Source of the DNA: Zygophlyctis sp. KS116
Lineage: Eukaryota > Fungi > Chytridiomycota
NCBI GenBank assembly: GCA_054661495.1
Contig: BAAFSQ010000036.1
Span: forward strand, 26,507-58,506
DNA length: 32,000 nucleotides
Direction: 5' to 3'
This document shows positions 9,691 through 18,850 of the stretch, piece after piece; position 1 is the first letter of the stretch, and every line of letters begins with the position of its first letter. A model generated the notes under the pieces. It was not told where the DNA came from. It made no database searches and saw only the letters and a list, made by a program, of their open reading frames with translations. The position numbers were made by a program, and so were the translations under genes.

Positions 9691-11179
9691 ATGATAAATA
9701 TACAGCTTCTCTTGGTGATTCTCTGTTTTATTTACCAGTATTCTGCACAAGAAGGCACCGGATTGTCTTCTGGTACACTGATCGAGTCATATAACTGTCC
9801 TGCATCATGCATACCCCCTTGCTATTGCGCAACAACCAGAACACCCGGCGGATTATCTCCATCTCAAATCCCACAGTTTATGACTCTAGCATTCGATGAT
9901 GATGTAAATGATATAATTGGATCTGTGATTGGTAATCTTACAGAAGGATATTTCAATCCAAATGGATGTCCTCTGTCTGCGACATTTTTTGTCAGTGTGC
10001 AATATACAGACTTTTGGTCAATTCAGAGATTACATAATTTAGGACATGAAATGTAAATTATTTCAGCTAATCATAGTGCCACACATACAATGTCGCATGT
10101 TGGAAATCCTTCGAATTCTGAAATTGTTGGTGCCCATAAAGCTTTGAGTGCATTCAGTGCTATTCCACCAAATAAGGTATGTTGTACTGATCATTTTAAA
10201 TCAATAGATTACCGGATTTAGATGTCCGTTCTTGAATTTTACTGGCCAGACATTTCGAGATGTTAAATCTAGCGGCCTCTTTCAGTATGATTCCTCTATG
10301 ACTGTAAATTACATAAAATCACCCATTTGGCCTTATACACTTGACTATGGACCCGCTACTCAGTGTGCTCTTGGACCGTGTCCTCCAAATTTCACATTTC
10401 CTGGTCTTTGGTCTATTCCAATGTACACACTTCACAATGCAGACGGCTCTCTTAATGCTGCAATGGACCCAAACGTTGCAAGAAGTAAGATCTCGCCCAC
10501 GACCAGAAAAGATGATTTGGTCGAATTACTAAAATCCAACTTTTTAAGGCGTTATAATAGCACAAGAATTCCAATGGGTCTATATTTGCATGCTGCGGCA
10601 TCATTGTCAGACAAGGAAAGAAATGATGCATATAAGGAATTTATTGATTGGACGCTTTCTTTCCCAGATGTGTATTGGATCAGTAATCAAAAACTACTTG
10701 CATGGATCCAGAATCCATCAAATATTGCAGACAGTTTAAATGCAGAATCACTAGACTGCTTGATGCCTCCCATTTCCCCCAACAACAATGAAATATGTGA
10801 TGGAATTGACAATGATGGCGACGGAGAAGCAGACAAAGATTTAGTCTCTAATTGTTATTATCCAGGAGTGGAATTAAGTTTCAAGACATGCTATCCTTGT
10901 CCGCCAGCTCCACCGACACCAGAAAATCCAGTTCCAGTGGCTCCAGGAAAGACTATTACCCAGGCTATTGATTGCTCTGCCGATTCTACCTTTGGTATTT
11001 ACATACATTAATAACATTTAGATTTATCCATCAACTCGTGCGTTCCAATAGTTCGCATGCAAAAACCCCCCAAAGTCATTCCAACAGATTCAGTATTGGA
11101 TTATCGGAATCCAACATCAGGAACTTTGAGATCGGTTGCATTGGGTTGTTTTTTGTTAATTTCAATGAGTTTGTTCTAA
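9691..11179 (+). CDS. Secreted CE4 polysaccharide/chitin deacetylase with probable GPI-anchor signal
   Basis: Signal peptide, then PQFMTLAFDD, NPNGCP..ATFFVS, GHEIATHTMSH, GFRCPFL, YDSS, WPYTLDYG and MGLYLH. Introns near 10052, 10177 and 10995. The spliced last exon ends in hydrophobic SGTLRSVALGCFLLISMSLF* (TAA 11177-11179). Confidence 0.9.
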
Positions 11180-11211
11180 CTTTGCCACTGAGGCCTCCTA
11201 CTCCTTTGAAA

Positions 11212-13101
11212 ATGTCGAATATTTGGCAGATTAAGAATGATTCTGATACAGGAAGGCTGTACTATTTTAATACAGTGACTCAAATGTCAACATGGGAAAA
11301 ACCTGATGTGTTAAAGACTCCACTAGAGGTAATATTTCTGATTTGACTGTAGAGAGCGCTAGAGGCAACACCTTGGAGAGAAGCAACTTTGCCAAACTCT
11401 GATAAAAAGTATTATTACAATTCAGAGACGAATCAGACTGTGTGGGAGATGCCTCCAGAGTACAAGATAATTCTTGATCAAGTTGGTGAATTAAATCCGC
11501 TTGCAGTGCCGATAGATCTGACGCCGGCAAAGTTTGCGACAAAGGAAGATGGGTTTAATGCATTTTATAGACTGTTGGAAGAAAGAGGTGTAACACAGGA
11601 TGATATATGGGAAGAAGTTTTGGTCAATTTGGTCACTTCTCCAGTCTATAGGGGACTGATTATGGCTGATCGACTCACAGCATTCAATAAATATCAGTCA
11701 ATGAAGAAAGATCAAGAAAAGGGCAATCGAATTAAAAAGTTTGAGAATGATCGGGAAAAGCTGAGGAGAGTGTTTTCGACGACTGACAAGATTTCGGGGA
11801 CAATGAAATTTCAGTAATTTTCTTTTTTTCTAAAATTAAGACAAATTGCAAAGATTTGTCATCATGATTCGATTTATAGATCTACTGCAGAAGAACATCG
11901 TGAAAAAATTTGGGATGAATATTCACTGGAACTTAGAAGGAGAGAAAAAGAAATTCAAAGAGAGGCTAGGAAGGAGCAATTGGCTAAATTAAGAGATCTA
12001 CTGGTTAAAGTAAATTTGGATTTATCTTGTAGATGGAGAGATGTTCGGCCAAAAATAGAGGGTCATCGAATTTTTTCTACATTGACACATTTGGATAATA
12101 TAGATGTTTTGCTGGCCTTTGAAGATCATATGGCCTCATTGGAGAAAAAAGTAACGATGAATGCTACAAAAAGGATGATGGAAATCAAGAAAAATGAGAG
12201 AAAGAATAGAAAAGAGTTTAAACAATTGTTAAAGTCTCTCAATTCAAAAGGGATAATTAGACCATATTCTATGTGGAAAGATATTGTTCGTGATATTGAA
12301 TCAGATGAATGTTATCAGAATTTATTAGGTCAACCGGGATCTACTCCTTTAGATCTTTTTAGGGACCTGGTTGTACAGTTAAATGAAGAAATAGCTGATG
12401 AATGTAAAGATATTCAAAGAACTGTTCGAACTCATGATCTCTTAATTACTCCAAAAACTACTCTACATGATTTTCAATTTCAGCTGGCTGCTGTTCGTCC
12501 AGGATTCTCAAAAGATGCTCAAAAAGTTGTTTTCGATCAATTGATGGACTCAATAATTTCTCGTATCCGAGAAGATAAAAAGAAAGAATCCAGGAAATTG
12601 AAAAAGCGGATGGATGCTTTTAAATCACTACTAAAACATTTGGATCCACCAATATCTGCCAAATCTCCATGGAAAGAAGTTGCTGCCAAAGTGTCTCATA
12701 AATCTGAGTATCAAGATTTGAATGAAGATGATCGTATTACAGTGTTTGAAAAAATCATCGCAAAGATTGCTGGTAAAAGCAATCGTGAAGGTGATACTGC
12801 CGATGAATCAGATGAAAAATCACACAAGCACAGAAAAGAAAAAAAGAGACATCGCAGAAGACGCTCCGGTTCTCCGAATAGCAATCGGAATTCTTCTGAC
12901 GATGAAGATCGGCATCGATCATCCAAGAAGAAAAAATCAAGTGGTCGACATGAAGAAGATCGTCATACAGAGTCTAGACATCGTCGAAGAAGCAGTAGGG
13001 ATTACAAAAAAGAGAGAGGTGATTATGCAAGTATGGATTTGGATCAAAGAAAGAACCCTAGAGGATACTCTGAGGAAGAAGAAGGCCAAGTCAGTGATTA
13101 A
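11212..13101 (+). CDS. PRP40: U1 snRNP-associated splicing factor Prp40 (2 WW + FF repeats + RS-like tail)
   Basis: Tandem WW domains (WQIKNDSDTGRLYYFNTVTQMSTWEKP; KKYYYNSETNQTVWEMP), FF repeats, the conserved LLGQPGSTPLDLF, and a basic/RS tail. Introns near 11329-11352 and 11814-11840. Confidence 0.93.
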
Positions 13102-13958
13102 TGTCCCATCAAGAATTAATTTCTTTCTTAAAATTGAATAAAAATGTTGTTGTTCTTAGTGGTGCAGGAGCATCAACCGACTCGGGTGTCCCTGATTACC
13201 GAGGGCCAAAAGGGATTTACAATTCAAGACCAGACTATCGTCCGATCATGTTCCAGGAATTCATGTCTTCAGCTTTAGCAAGAAAAAGATACTGGACCAG
13301 ATCTTTCTTGGGCTGGCAAAAGTTACATAAAGCTTCTCCAAATGGCTGTCATTATGGTTTTCATAAATTACAGCAAAAAGGTCTAATTTCATCATTGATT
13401 ACGCAAAATGTGGATGGATTGCATCAAAAAGCCGGATCAGAAAATGTTTTAGAACTTCATGGGTCACTGAAAAGTGTTGTTTGCCAATCTTGTAATTCAA
13501 TCGTTGATCGTGGACATTTTCAGACAGAGTTAGCACGATTGAATCCATCTTTAATGCAACTTACTCTTCTATATAAAGATCAAGATAGTGGAGATGTAGC
13601 ATCATCAATGAATCCAGATGGAGATAGTGACACAGATTTTGATTATTCTAAAATACAAGTTCCAGACTGTCCGAACTGCTTCTCAATTCTAAAACCGAAT
13701 GTTGTATTCTTTGGGGAAAATATGAAGGACAATATCCGCGAGGAGTCATTTAAGAGGATCAATGATTCATCTGCTCTACTTGTAGTTGGATCATCACTTA
13801 CAGTATATTCTGCTTTTCGACTCGTAAGGCACGCTCATGATCTTCAAATTCCAATAGCAATTTTAAATTTAGGGACTACAAGAGGTGATCCATTTTGTCA
13901 TTTGAAAATTGAAGCTAATTGTTCTTCAGTATTAAGTAAGACTTTACAGATTCTTTAA
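13101..13958 (+). CDS. SIRT4: Class II sirtuin (SIRT4-like NAD-dependent deacylase); intronless
   Basis: GAGASTDSGVPDYRGP, RKRYWTRSFLGW, ITQNVDGLHQKAG, ELHG, CxxC...NPDGD...CxxC, LKPNVVFFGEN and GSSLTVYSAFRL. RYWxRS, PDGD and YSxxR are class II signatures. Confidence 0.92.
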   Translation: MSHQELISFLKLNKNVVVLSGAGASTDSGVPDYRGPKGIYNSRPDYRPIMFQEFMSSALARKRYWTRSFLGWQKLHKASPNGCHYGFHKLQQKGLISSLITQNVDGLHQKAGSENVLELHGSLKSVVCQSCNSIVDRGHFQTELARLNPSLMQLTLLYKDQDSGDVASSMNPDGDSDTDFDYSKIQVPDCPNCFSILKPNVVFFGENMKDNIREESFKRINDSSALLVVGSSLTVYSAFRLVRHAHDLQIPIAILNLGTTRGDPFCHLKIEANCSSVLSKTLQIL

Positions 13959-14004
13959 AGAAAATGTTGCATCTTTATTATCAAATCTTAAACTTAAAAT
14001 TCTT

Positions 14005-15098
14005 TCATGATTGAGTTTGCATTTTTGAAACTGATGATTCTATCATGTTTTTTATATAAAATTCTCCCGCTTTATAACTTGAGCGTACCAAAGGACCACT
14101 TGCGACATATTTGAATCCCAAATCTCTTGCAACAGTAGCCCAATGATCAAATTTATCAGGGTGGATGTATTCATGCACTTTCATGTGTTTTTTTGTTGGA
14201 CGCATATATTGACCAAAAGTAATAACATCTACAGACACTGATCTCAATTCCTTCAAGGCATCAAGTACCTGTGAATCACTTTCTCCTAATCCAAGCATCA
14301 TTGAAGTTTTTGTAACTAGACTTTCCTTTACAGATTTAGCCCTGGCAAGAACTGAAATAGACTGATTAAAGGTAGCTCTTCTATCTCTTACAACCGACTG
14401 TAAATCTCTAACAGTCTCAATATTATGAGCGTAAACATCTAGTCCCGAAAGAGCCACTCTATCAACATGTTCTAATTTTCCTTGAAAATCACCAGTCAAA
14501 CATTCAATCAAGATACTTGGCGCTCTACAATTTAATCGCAAAAAGACCTACTTTTGCTTAATCAATTCCACAGTCTTTGCAAAATGATCTGCTCCTCCAT
14601 CAATTAAATCTAAAATTAGAAACATACATTTACCATCTCTATCTACAGATGTTAAAACAACATAATCTAGTCCCCATCTAGAAATCGCTTCAGCGGTATG
14701 CTCTGGCTCATTAGGATCTAAAGGACCTGGATTCCTATTTGTTTTTACAGAGCAGAAACGACATCCACGAGTACATTCATTCCCCATCAACTTTCCATGA
14801 ATAGAATAAAAATACCATGATTGTGGCCGTCGCAGTTTTACCTTCATTCCCACCCCAACATTCCCCAATATTTGGACATTTTGCCTCTTCACAGACAGTA
14901 TTTAATTTCAAAGATCCAAGATCTCTTTTAATCCGTTGATATTCCAACCCAATCGGAATTTTAGTCTTTAACCAAGCCGGCAATCGTTTTAATCTTTTTT
15001 TAAATAATGTAATAATACTTTGGAGTTGATATAAAATCCGCAAGCTCTAAATTGTCATTTGGCAATCTAGAATATCTTCTGATTGATGCCAAATTCAT
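14005..15098 (-). CDS. LIP5: Mitochondrial lipoyl synthase (radical SAM)
   Basis: [13 protein letters not shown] (auxiliary cluster), CTRGCRFC (radical SAM) and [12 protein letters not shown]. First exon from ATG 15098 ([12 protein letters not shown]) resembles a presequence. Four short introns near 14527-14550, 14608-14633, 14790-14814 and 14994-15018. Confidence 0.96.
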
Positions 15099-15222
15099 TA
15101 CCCAACACCTTGCATGTCCGACAATTTGCTCTAATTTCGGACAAATTAGTGCAGTACTCTTTCCTAATCAGCAGAGAGACTGATATCACCGACCAACAAA
15201 GTTCCGATCATTCTAAATATTA

Positions 15223-15820
15223 ATGGTAATTCTAAAAAACTAAAATCATCTAGTCTGCAAGGAAACAAAAAAAGAGAGCTGTCCGCTCAAACTCAAATGT
15301 CTTTGCTGTAATTTTATTTCTTAATATTAGATGTTTGATCAAACACAAATATCAGAATTCAAAGAAGCATTTTCAATGATTGATCATGACTCTGATGGAT
15401 TTATTGATAAAGAAGATTTAAAAGATATGTTGGCTTCATTGGGTAATTGGTTCGCGTGTAAATTTATAGGACAAAATCCAACCGATGAAATGATTCAAGG
15501 CATGATAAATGAAGCACCTGGAAATATTAATTTTACAATGTTTTTAACATTAATGGGAGAAAAAATGTCTGGAACAGATCCGGAACATGAAATATTGGCA
15601 GCATTTGAATGCTTTGATGACGCGAAGTCTGGGTTCGTTAACGGCGATCTATTAAGAGAATATATGACAACAATGGGTGATCGATTTACAGATGAAGAAG
15701 TATATAAATTTGAAATTTAATTTCTAGGTTGATGTAATGCTCAAAGGATCTCCGCTCGATGTTAATAATTTATTTGATTACACAAAGTGGACGCGAGTAT
15801 TAAAGCATGGAGAATGTTAA
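15223..15820 (+). CDS. Myosin II regulatory light chain (EF-hand)
   Basis: ATG-only first coding exon; introns 15226-15253, 15308-15330, 15443-15469 and 15700-15727. Product [49 protein letters not shown]...[13 protein letters not shown]...[15 protein letters not shown]. Confidence 0.95.
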
Positions 15821-15843
15821 AACTATAAATCTTTTAATCTTTA

Positions 15844-16704
15844 TTGACGCTAGTGATTTTTTCTATCATCGGGACATCATTGAGAATGGGGTTGGTTTAT
15901 ATTTCAAATTTTAAAGGTTCTCCAATTACTGCAGAAGCGCTTCCGCAGATCTTGGGTTGTTTTCTATTTGGACTGATGAGCGAATTCAAAGATCTTGATC
16001 TTATAAATTTGGGAATACAGACTGGATTGGCAGGATCATTAACAACTTTTAGTGGATGGATGTTTGATGTTTGGTCCGATTTTGTAAATTTCAAGTCTGT
16101 TGATCGGACAGTAAGTCACTCTATTTATGCTGGACTATTGAATATTATAACAATATTATTGGTCTGCTTCTCTTCATATTATTTCGGGATTAATTGTGCT
16201 AGTGAATCTCATCGAAAATATTTAAAAGTGTTGGATGATTACTTGAGGAATGCTAAAATATTGTTTGCATTATCTTGTGGGCTGTGGACAATTTCACTCT
16301 TTCTTGGTATATTTATTTTTCCAGTTTGCTATGCGCTTGTTCTAGCACCTTTTGGGAAATATTTGGGATTTTATATTGGCTCTAGATTAAATCAAACATT
16401 TGATCAGTTTCCTTTAGGGACTTTTGTTTCAAATATGATTGGTACAGTCATTTTAGCAGGAATGACTATTGCTTCATATTATTCTAGTGGATCAGGATGT
16501 TTTGTAATATCTGCAATCACGGTTGGATTTTGTGGATGCTTAACAACACTTTCAAGTTTTATTGACGAGATTGCATGTCTAGAAAAGATTAATGCACTTA
16601 GATACTTCTTTCTATCAATGATATTAGGACTATTAATTATATTTTTTATGGATGGGACATTTATTTTGGTTAAAAATGTAAAAGAAAACAATCTAAACTG
16701 TTGA
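15844..16704 (+). CDS. FEX1: FEX-type fluoride export channel (two fused CrcB/Fluc domains); true start unresolved
   Basis: Highly hydrophobic, with IIGTSLR (GxxxR), TGLAGSLTTFSGW, FPLGTFVSNMIG and GFCGCLTTLSSFIDE. The ORF opens at TTG just after an in-frame TAA. Confidence 0.88.
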   Translation: MTLVIFSIIGTSLRMGLVYISNFKGSPITAEALPQILGCFLFGLMSEFKDLDLINLGIQTGLAGSLTTFSGWMFDVWSDFVNFKSVDRTVSHSIYAGLLNIITILLVCFSSYYFGINCASESHRKYLKVLDDYLRNAKILFALSCGLWTISLFLGIFIFPVCYALVLAPFGKYLGFYIGSRLNQTFDQFPLGTFVSNMIGTVILAGMTIASYYSSGSGCFVISAITVGFCGCLTTLSSFIDEIACLEKINALRYFFLSMILGLLIIFFMDGTFILVKNVKENNLNC

Positions 16705-17281
16705 TTATCTCCTAATTGTTTTACGATAAATCAAAAACAAGATTATTATAATCGCAATATCCATTCCTTTCGAAATTAGAATATTACAATTATTATCATC
16801 ATAAAAATCAAACATTGCAACTGGAATTCCCCCTAAATTTTAATCGCACTAGTTTACCTAATTTCGGATCACCAATCCAAATTCCTCCAGCCATTCCCTT
16901 TCCTTCAATAATCATCTCTAAAAACTCTCCATTTAAAAGTTTAATATGGGCAATCATTCTTGAAGTCATTCGATTCCAAGAAATTATTTGTCCGATTAAT
17001 TCATCTGATGATCCACCTCTATAAATTGTCCATTTTGATTTCTTTTTTATATTGCAAACTGCATTCCAGCAAGAATCCAATAAGAGTAGTTTACGAGACA
17101 TTGAGACTCTATAATCTGTATAAAAATGATTAGTGTTTGAATCAAATATTCTATACGAGTCCATGGACCAATCATATTGCACTTTTAAACAAGTTTCATT
17201 ATTTTTACAATAGATTGGATGAATTGCCGAAACTTTACCAGACAATGGGGATAATTCAGCTTTAGAATATGATCCTCCCAT
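16705..17281 (-). CDS. LURP-one-related / tubby C-terminal-like (scramblase-fold) protein, possibly N-myristoylated
   Basis: MGGSYS start at 17281, then SAIHPIYC, SMSRKLLLLDS and KWTIYRGGSS. A 25-nt intron near 16833-16857 gives ...GDPKLGGIPVAMF...ILISKGMDIAIIIILFLIYRKTIRR*, matching the terminal GxD-helix of this family. Confidence 0.7.
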
Positions 17282-17301
17282 TCCAAATATTATTGAAAAT
17301 T

Positions 17302-17721
17302 TTACCAATCTGTTTCGTCCCTTTGATTGCGCCTAAAGAATTTCTTGATTGAATTCATAGACTTTTCCTTTTGTTTTTTCTTATTGAACTTTTCCATATG
17401 TCCTCTAATAATTTCTTTTTTTTCTGAATTGTCCTTTATTATTGGTTCGATTGATGCTTTATCAATAATATCTTGTAATTTCATAAAACAATTACTATAA
17501 TTCTCTGCTTGAGATCTGCTAGCGTCCGATGATACAAACAATTGATGATATTTATTTATTCTAGATGGGGTAATATCTCTGATTTTTTGTACAATGTCGT
17601 TGGGAATCCATTTTAGATCAAGCCGCATATCGACTTTAGTATTGACCTTGTTCACATTCTGGCCTCCAGGACCGCTTGATTTGCTAGTAGTTACTGTGAG
17701 CCAATGCTTTGGAATTTTCAT
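17302..17721 (-). CDS. ICT1: ICT1/Pth4/ArfB-type codon-independent peptidyl-tRNA hydrolase (mitochondrial ribosome rescue)
   Basis: SKSSGPGGQNVNKVNTKVDMR (GGQ motif), SRSQAENYSNCFMKL and a basic C-terminal tail. The N-terminus may be incomplete. Confidence 0.88.
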   Translation of the reverse strand: MKIPKHWLTVTTSKSSGPGGQNVNKVNTKVDMRLDLKWIPNDIVQKIRDITPSRINKYHQLFVSSDASRSQAENYSNCFMKLQDIIDKASIEPIIKDNSEKKEIIRGHMEKFNKKKQKEKSMNSIKKFFRRNQRDETDW

Positions 17722-18087
17722 TTGCAGCTGCCTGCCTGTAATAAGTCAAATCTGCGCAGTCCAAACTTCATATAAGATAATGAAAAGGGAAACGTTGAGT
17801 GGGCCAGAAACGTACAGATTCTATGGCTCAATGGGAAGTCAAAGGTGGTCATTAAGTGGATGAGTGGGTAATTGGCGTTATGCTTTAGATTTTCTCGAGC
17901 TATGGTGGCGATTTCTTTCCATAACTTTTCACTATATTGTTTTTCTTACTGTTATGTAATAGAAAATTCTTAATGCTTCAAAAAAAACAGAAGCATCCAT
18001 ATCCTGTGATTTGGTTTCTGCTAAAAATATTATGCAACTTCTCTGCTTTATTGAATTTTCCATAGTACGTCATTCATTCGGGTGGGG

Positions 18088-18119
18088 CAGCAAGTGGGAC
18101 AGCAAGTGGGTATAAAAAG
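18088..18119 (+). promoter_or_regulatory. TATA box preceded by two tandem CAGCAAGTGGG elements
   Basis: CAGCAAGTGGG at 18088-18098 and 18100-18110, immediately followed by TATAAAAAG at 18111-18119, about 40 bp upstream of ATG 18153. Confidence 0.6.
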
Positions 18120-18152
18120 AGCCGATTTCTCCGATTATTCTTTCAAAAAAAA

Positions 18153-18488
18153 ATGAAATCGAACCTCTTCTTCTTAGTAGTTGCTTTACTCTCCATGGCT
18201 GGGAATGTTGTTTCATCAAGTTCAAATTATTGTAGAACAGCAGCGGAAAAATATGCATGCAGCGTCAGCGGTAAGGTTTGTGACGGAAATTACTGTGTGA
18301 AGCCTTTGCCAGAAGGGGCTAGATGTGATAGAGCTTCCCAGTGTGGATCCAAAAAATGTCAAAACACCAGTAGCTCAGGCCGCGATAAAGTCTGTGTTGG
18401 AAAACCAGCAGAATGTAATAATTTTAGTGATTGCGATAAACACTTCATGTGCGTCAAGGGCAAATGTCAGCTATTTTCAACCTCTTAG
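18153..18488 (+). CDS. Small secreted cysteine-rich protein (12 Cys in three 4-Cys modules)
   Basis: Signal peptide MKSNLFFLVVALLSMAGNVVS, intronless 111 aa, A-rich start context and an upstream TATA box. Confidence 0.85.
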   Translation: MKSNLFFLVVALLSMAGNVVSSSSNYCRTAAEKYACSVSGKVCDGNYCVKPLPEGARCDRASQCGSKKCQNTSSSGRDKVCVGKPAECNNFSDCDKHFMCVKGKCQLFSTS

Positions 18489-18510
18489 TTTACTGCAACA
18501 CCAAGTATCA

Positions 18511-18553
18511 GTCTAACATATACATGATTTATGGTCTAACATATACTTGATTT
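18511..18553. repeat. Direct repeat, 20-nt unit, period 23
   Basis: gtctaacatatacatgattt (18511-18530) and gtctaacatatacttgattt (18534-18553), one mismatch. Confidence 0.9.
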
Positions 18554-18850
18554 GAAATTGAAATTGCACCATCAATTGTGAGATTTGACAAATTAACCGT
18601 TTGAATATGTGAGCAGCTGCTAAAGTAGTAGCGTTGCCAAGGAAAAAAATCCAACTAACAGAAAATTGGTATGAGGCTTGACAAACAAGGGAGATTTACC
18701 AGAGTTCTTTTTGAGGTCTGTTTTTAGAAGTTCAGAGTTTGGAAGCCAAGGTTTGATGAGTTCCTTCTACAGAGAAGAGAAAAGAGCAACTTGAGAGTGG
18801 TCATTGATTGGGACCTTGATGGATGAAGCTCCATTGTGCTTGATCCATAA

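Noticed and set aside
10972-11211. N-terminal extension of PRP40 in ORF 10972-11346
   Set aside because: This stretch is the last intron and exon of the deacetylase in another frame; the WW domain starts right after ATG 11212.
12722-13141. 139-aa alternative-frame ORF bridging PRP40 and SIRT4
   Set aside because: It arises from the purine-rich low-complexity PRP40 tail, is in neither gene's frame, and I found no splice linking it to SIRT4.
18633-18646. RFX X-box-like GTTGCCAAGGAAAA
   Set aside because: Imperfect right half-site and not next to a ciliary gene.
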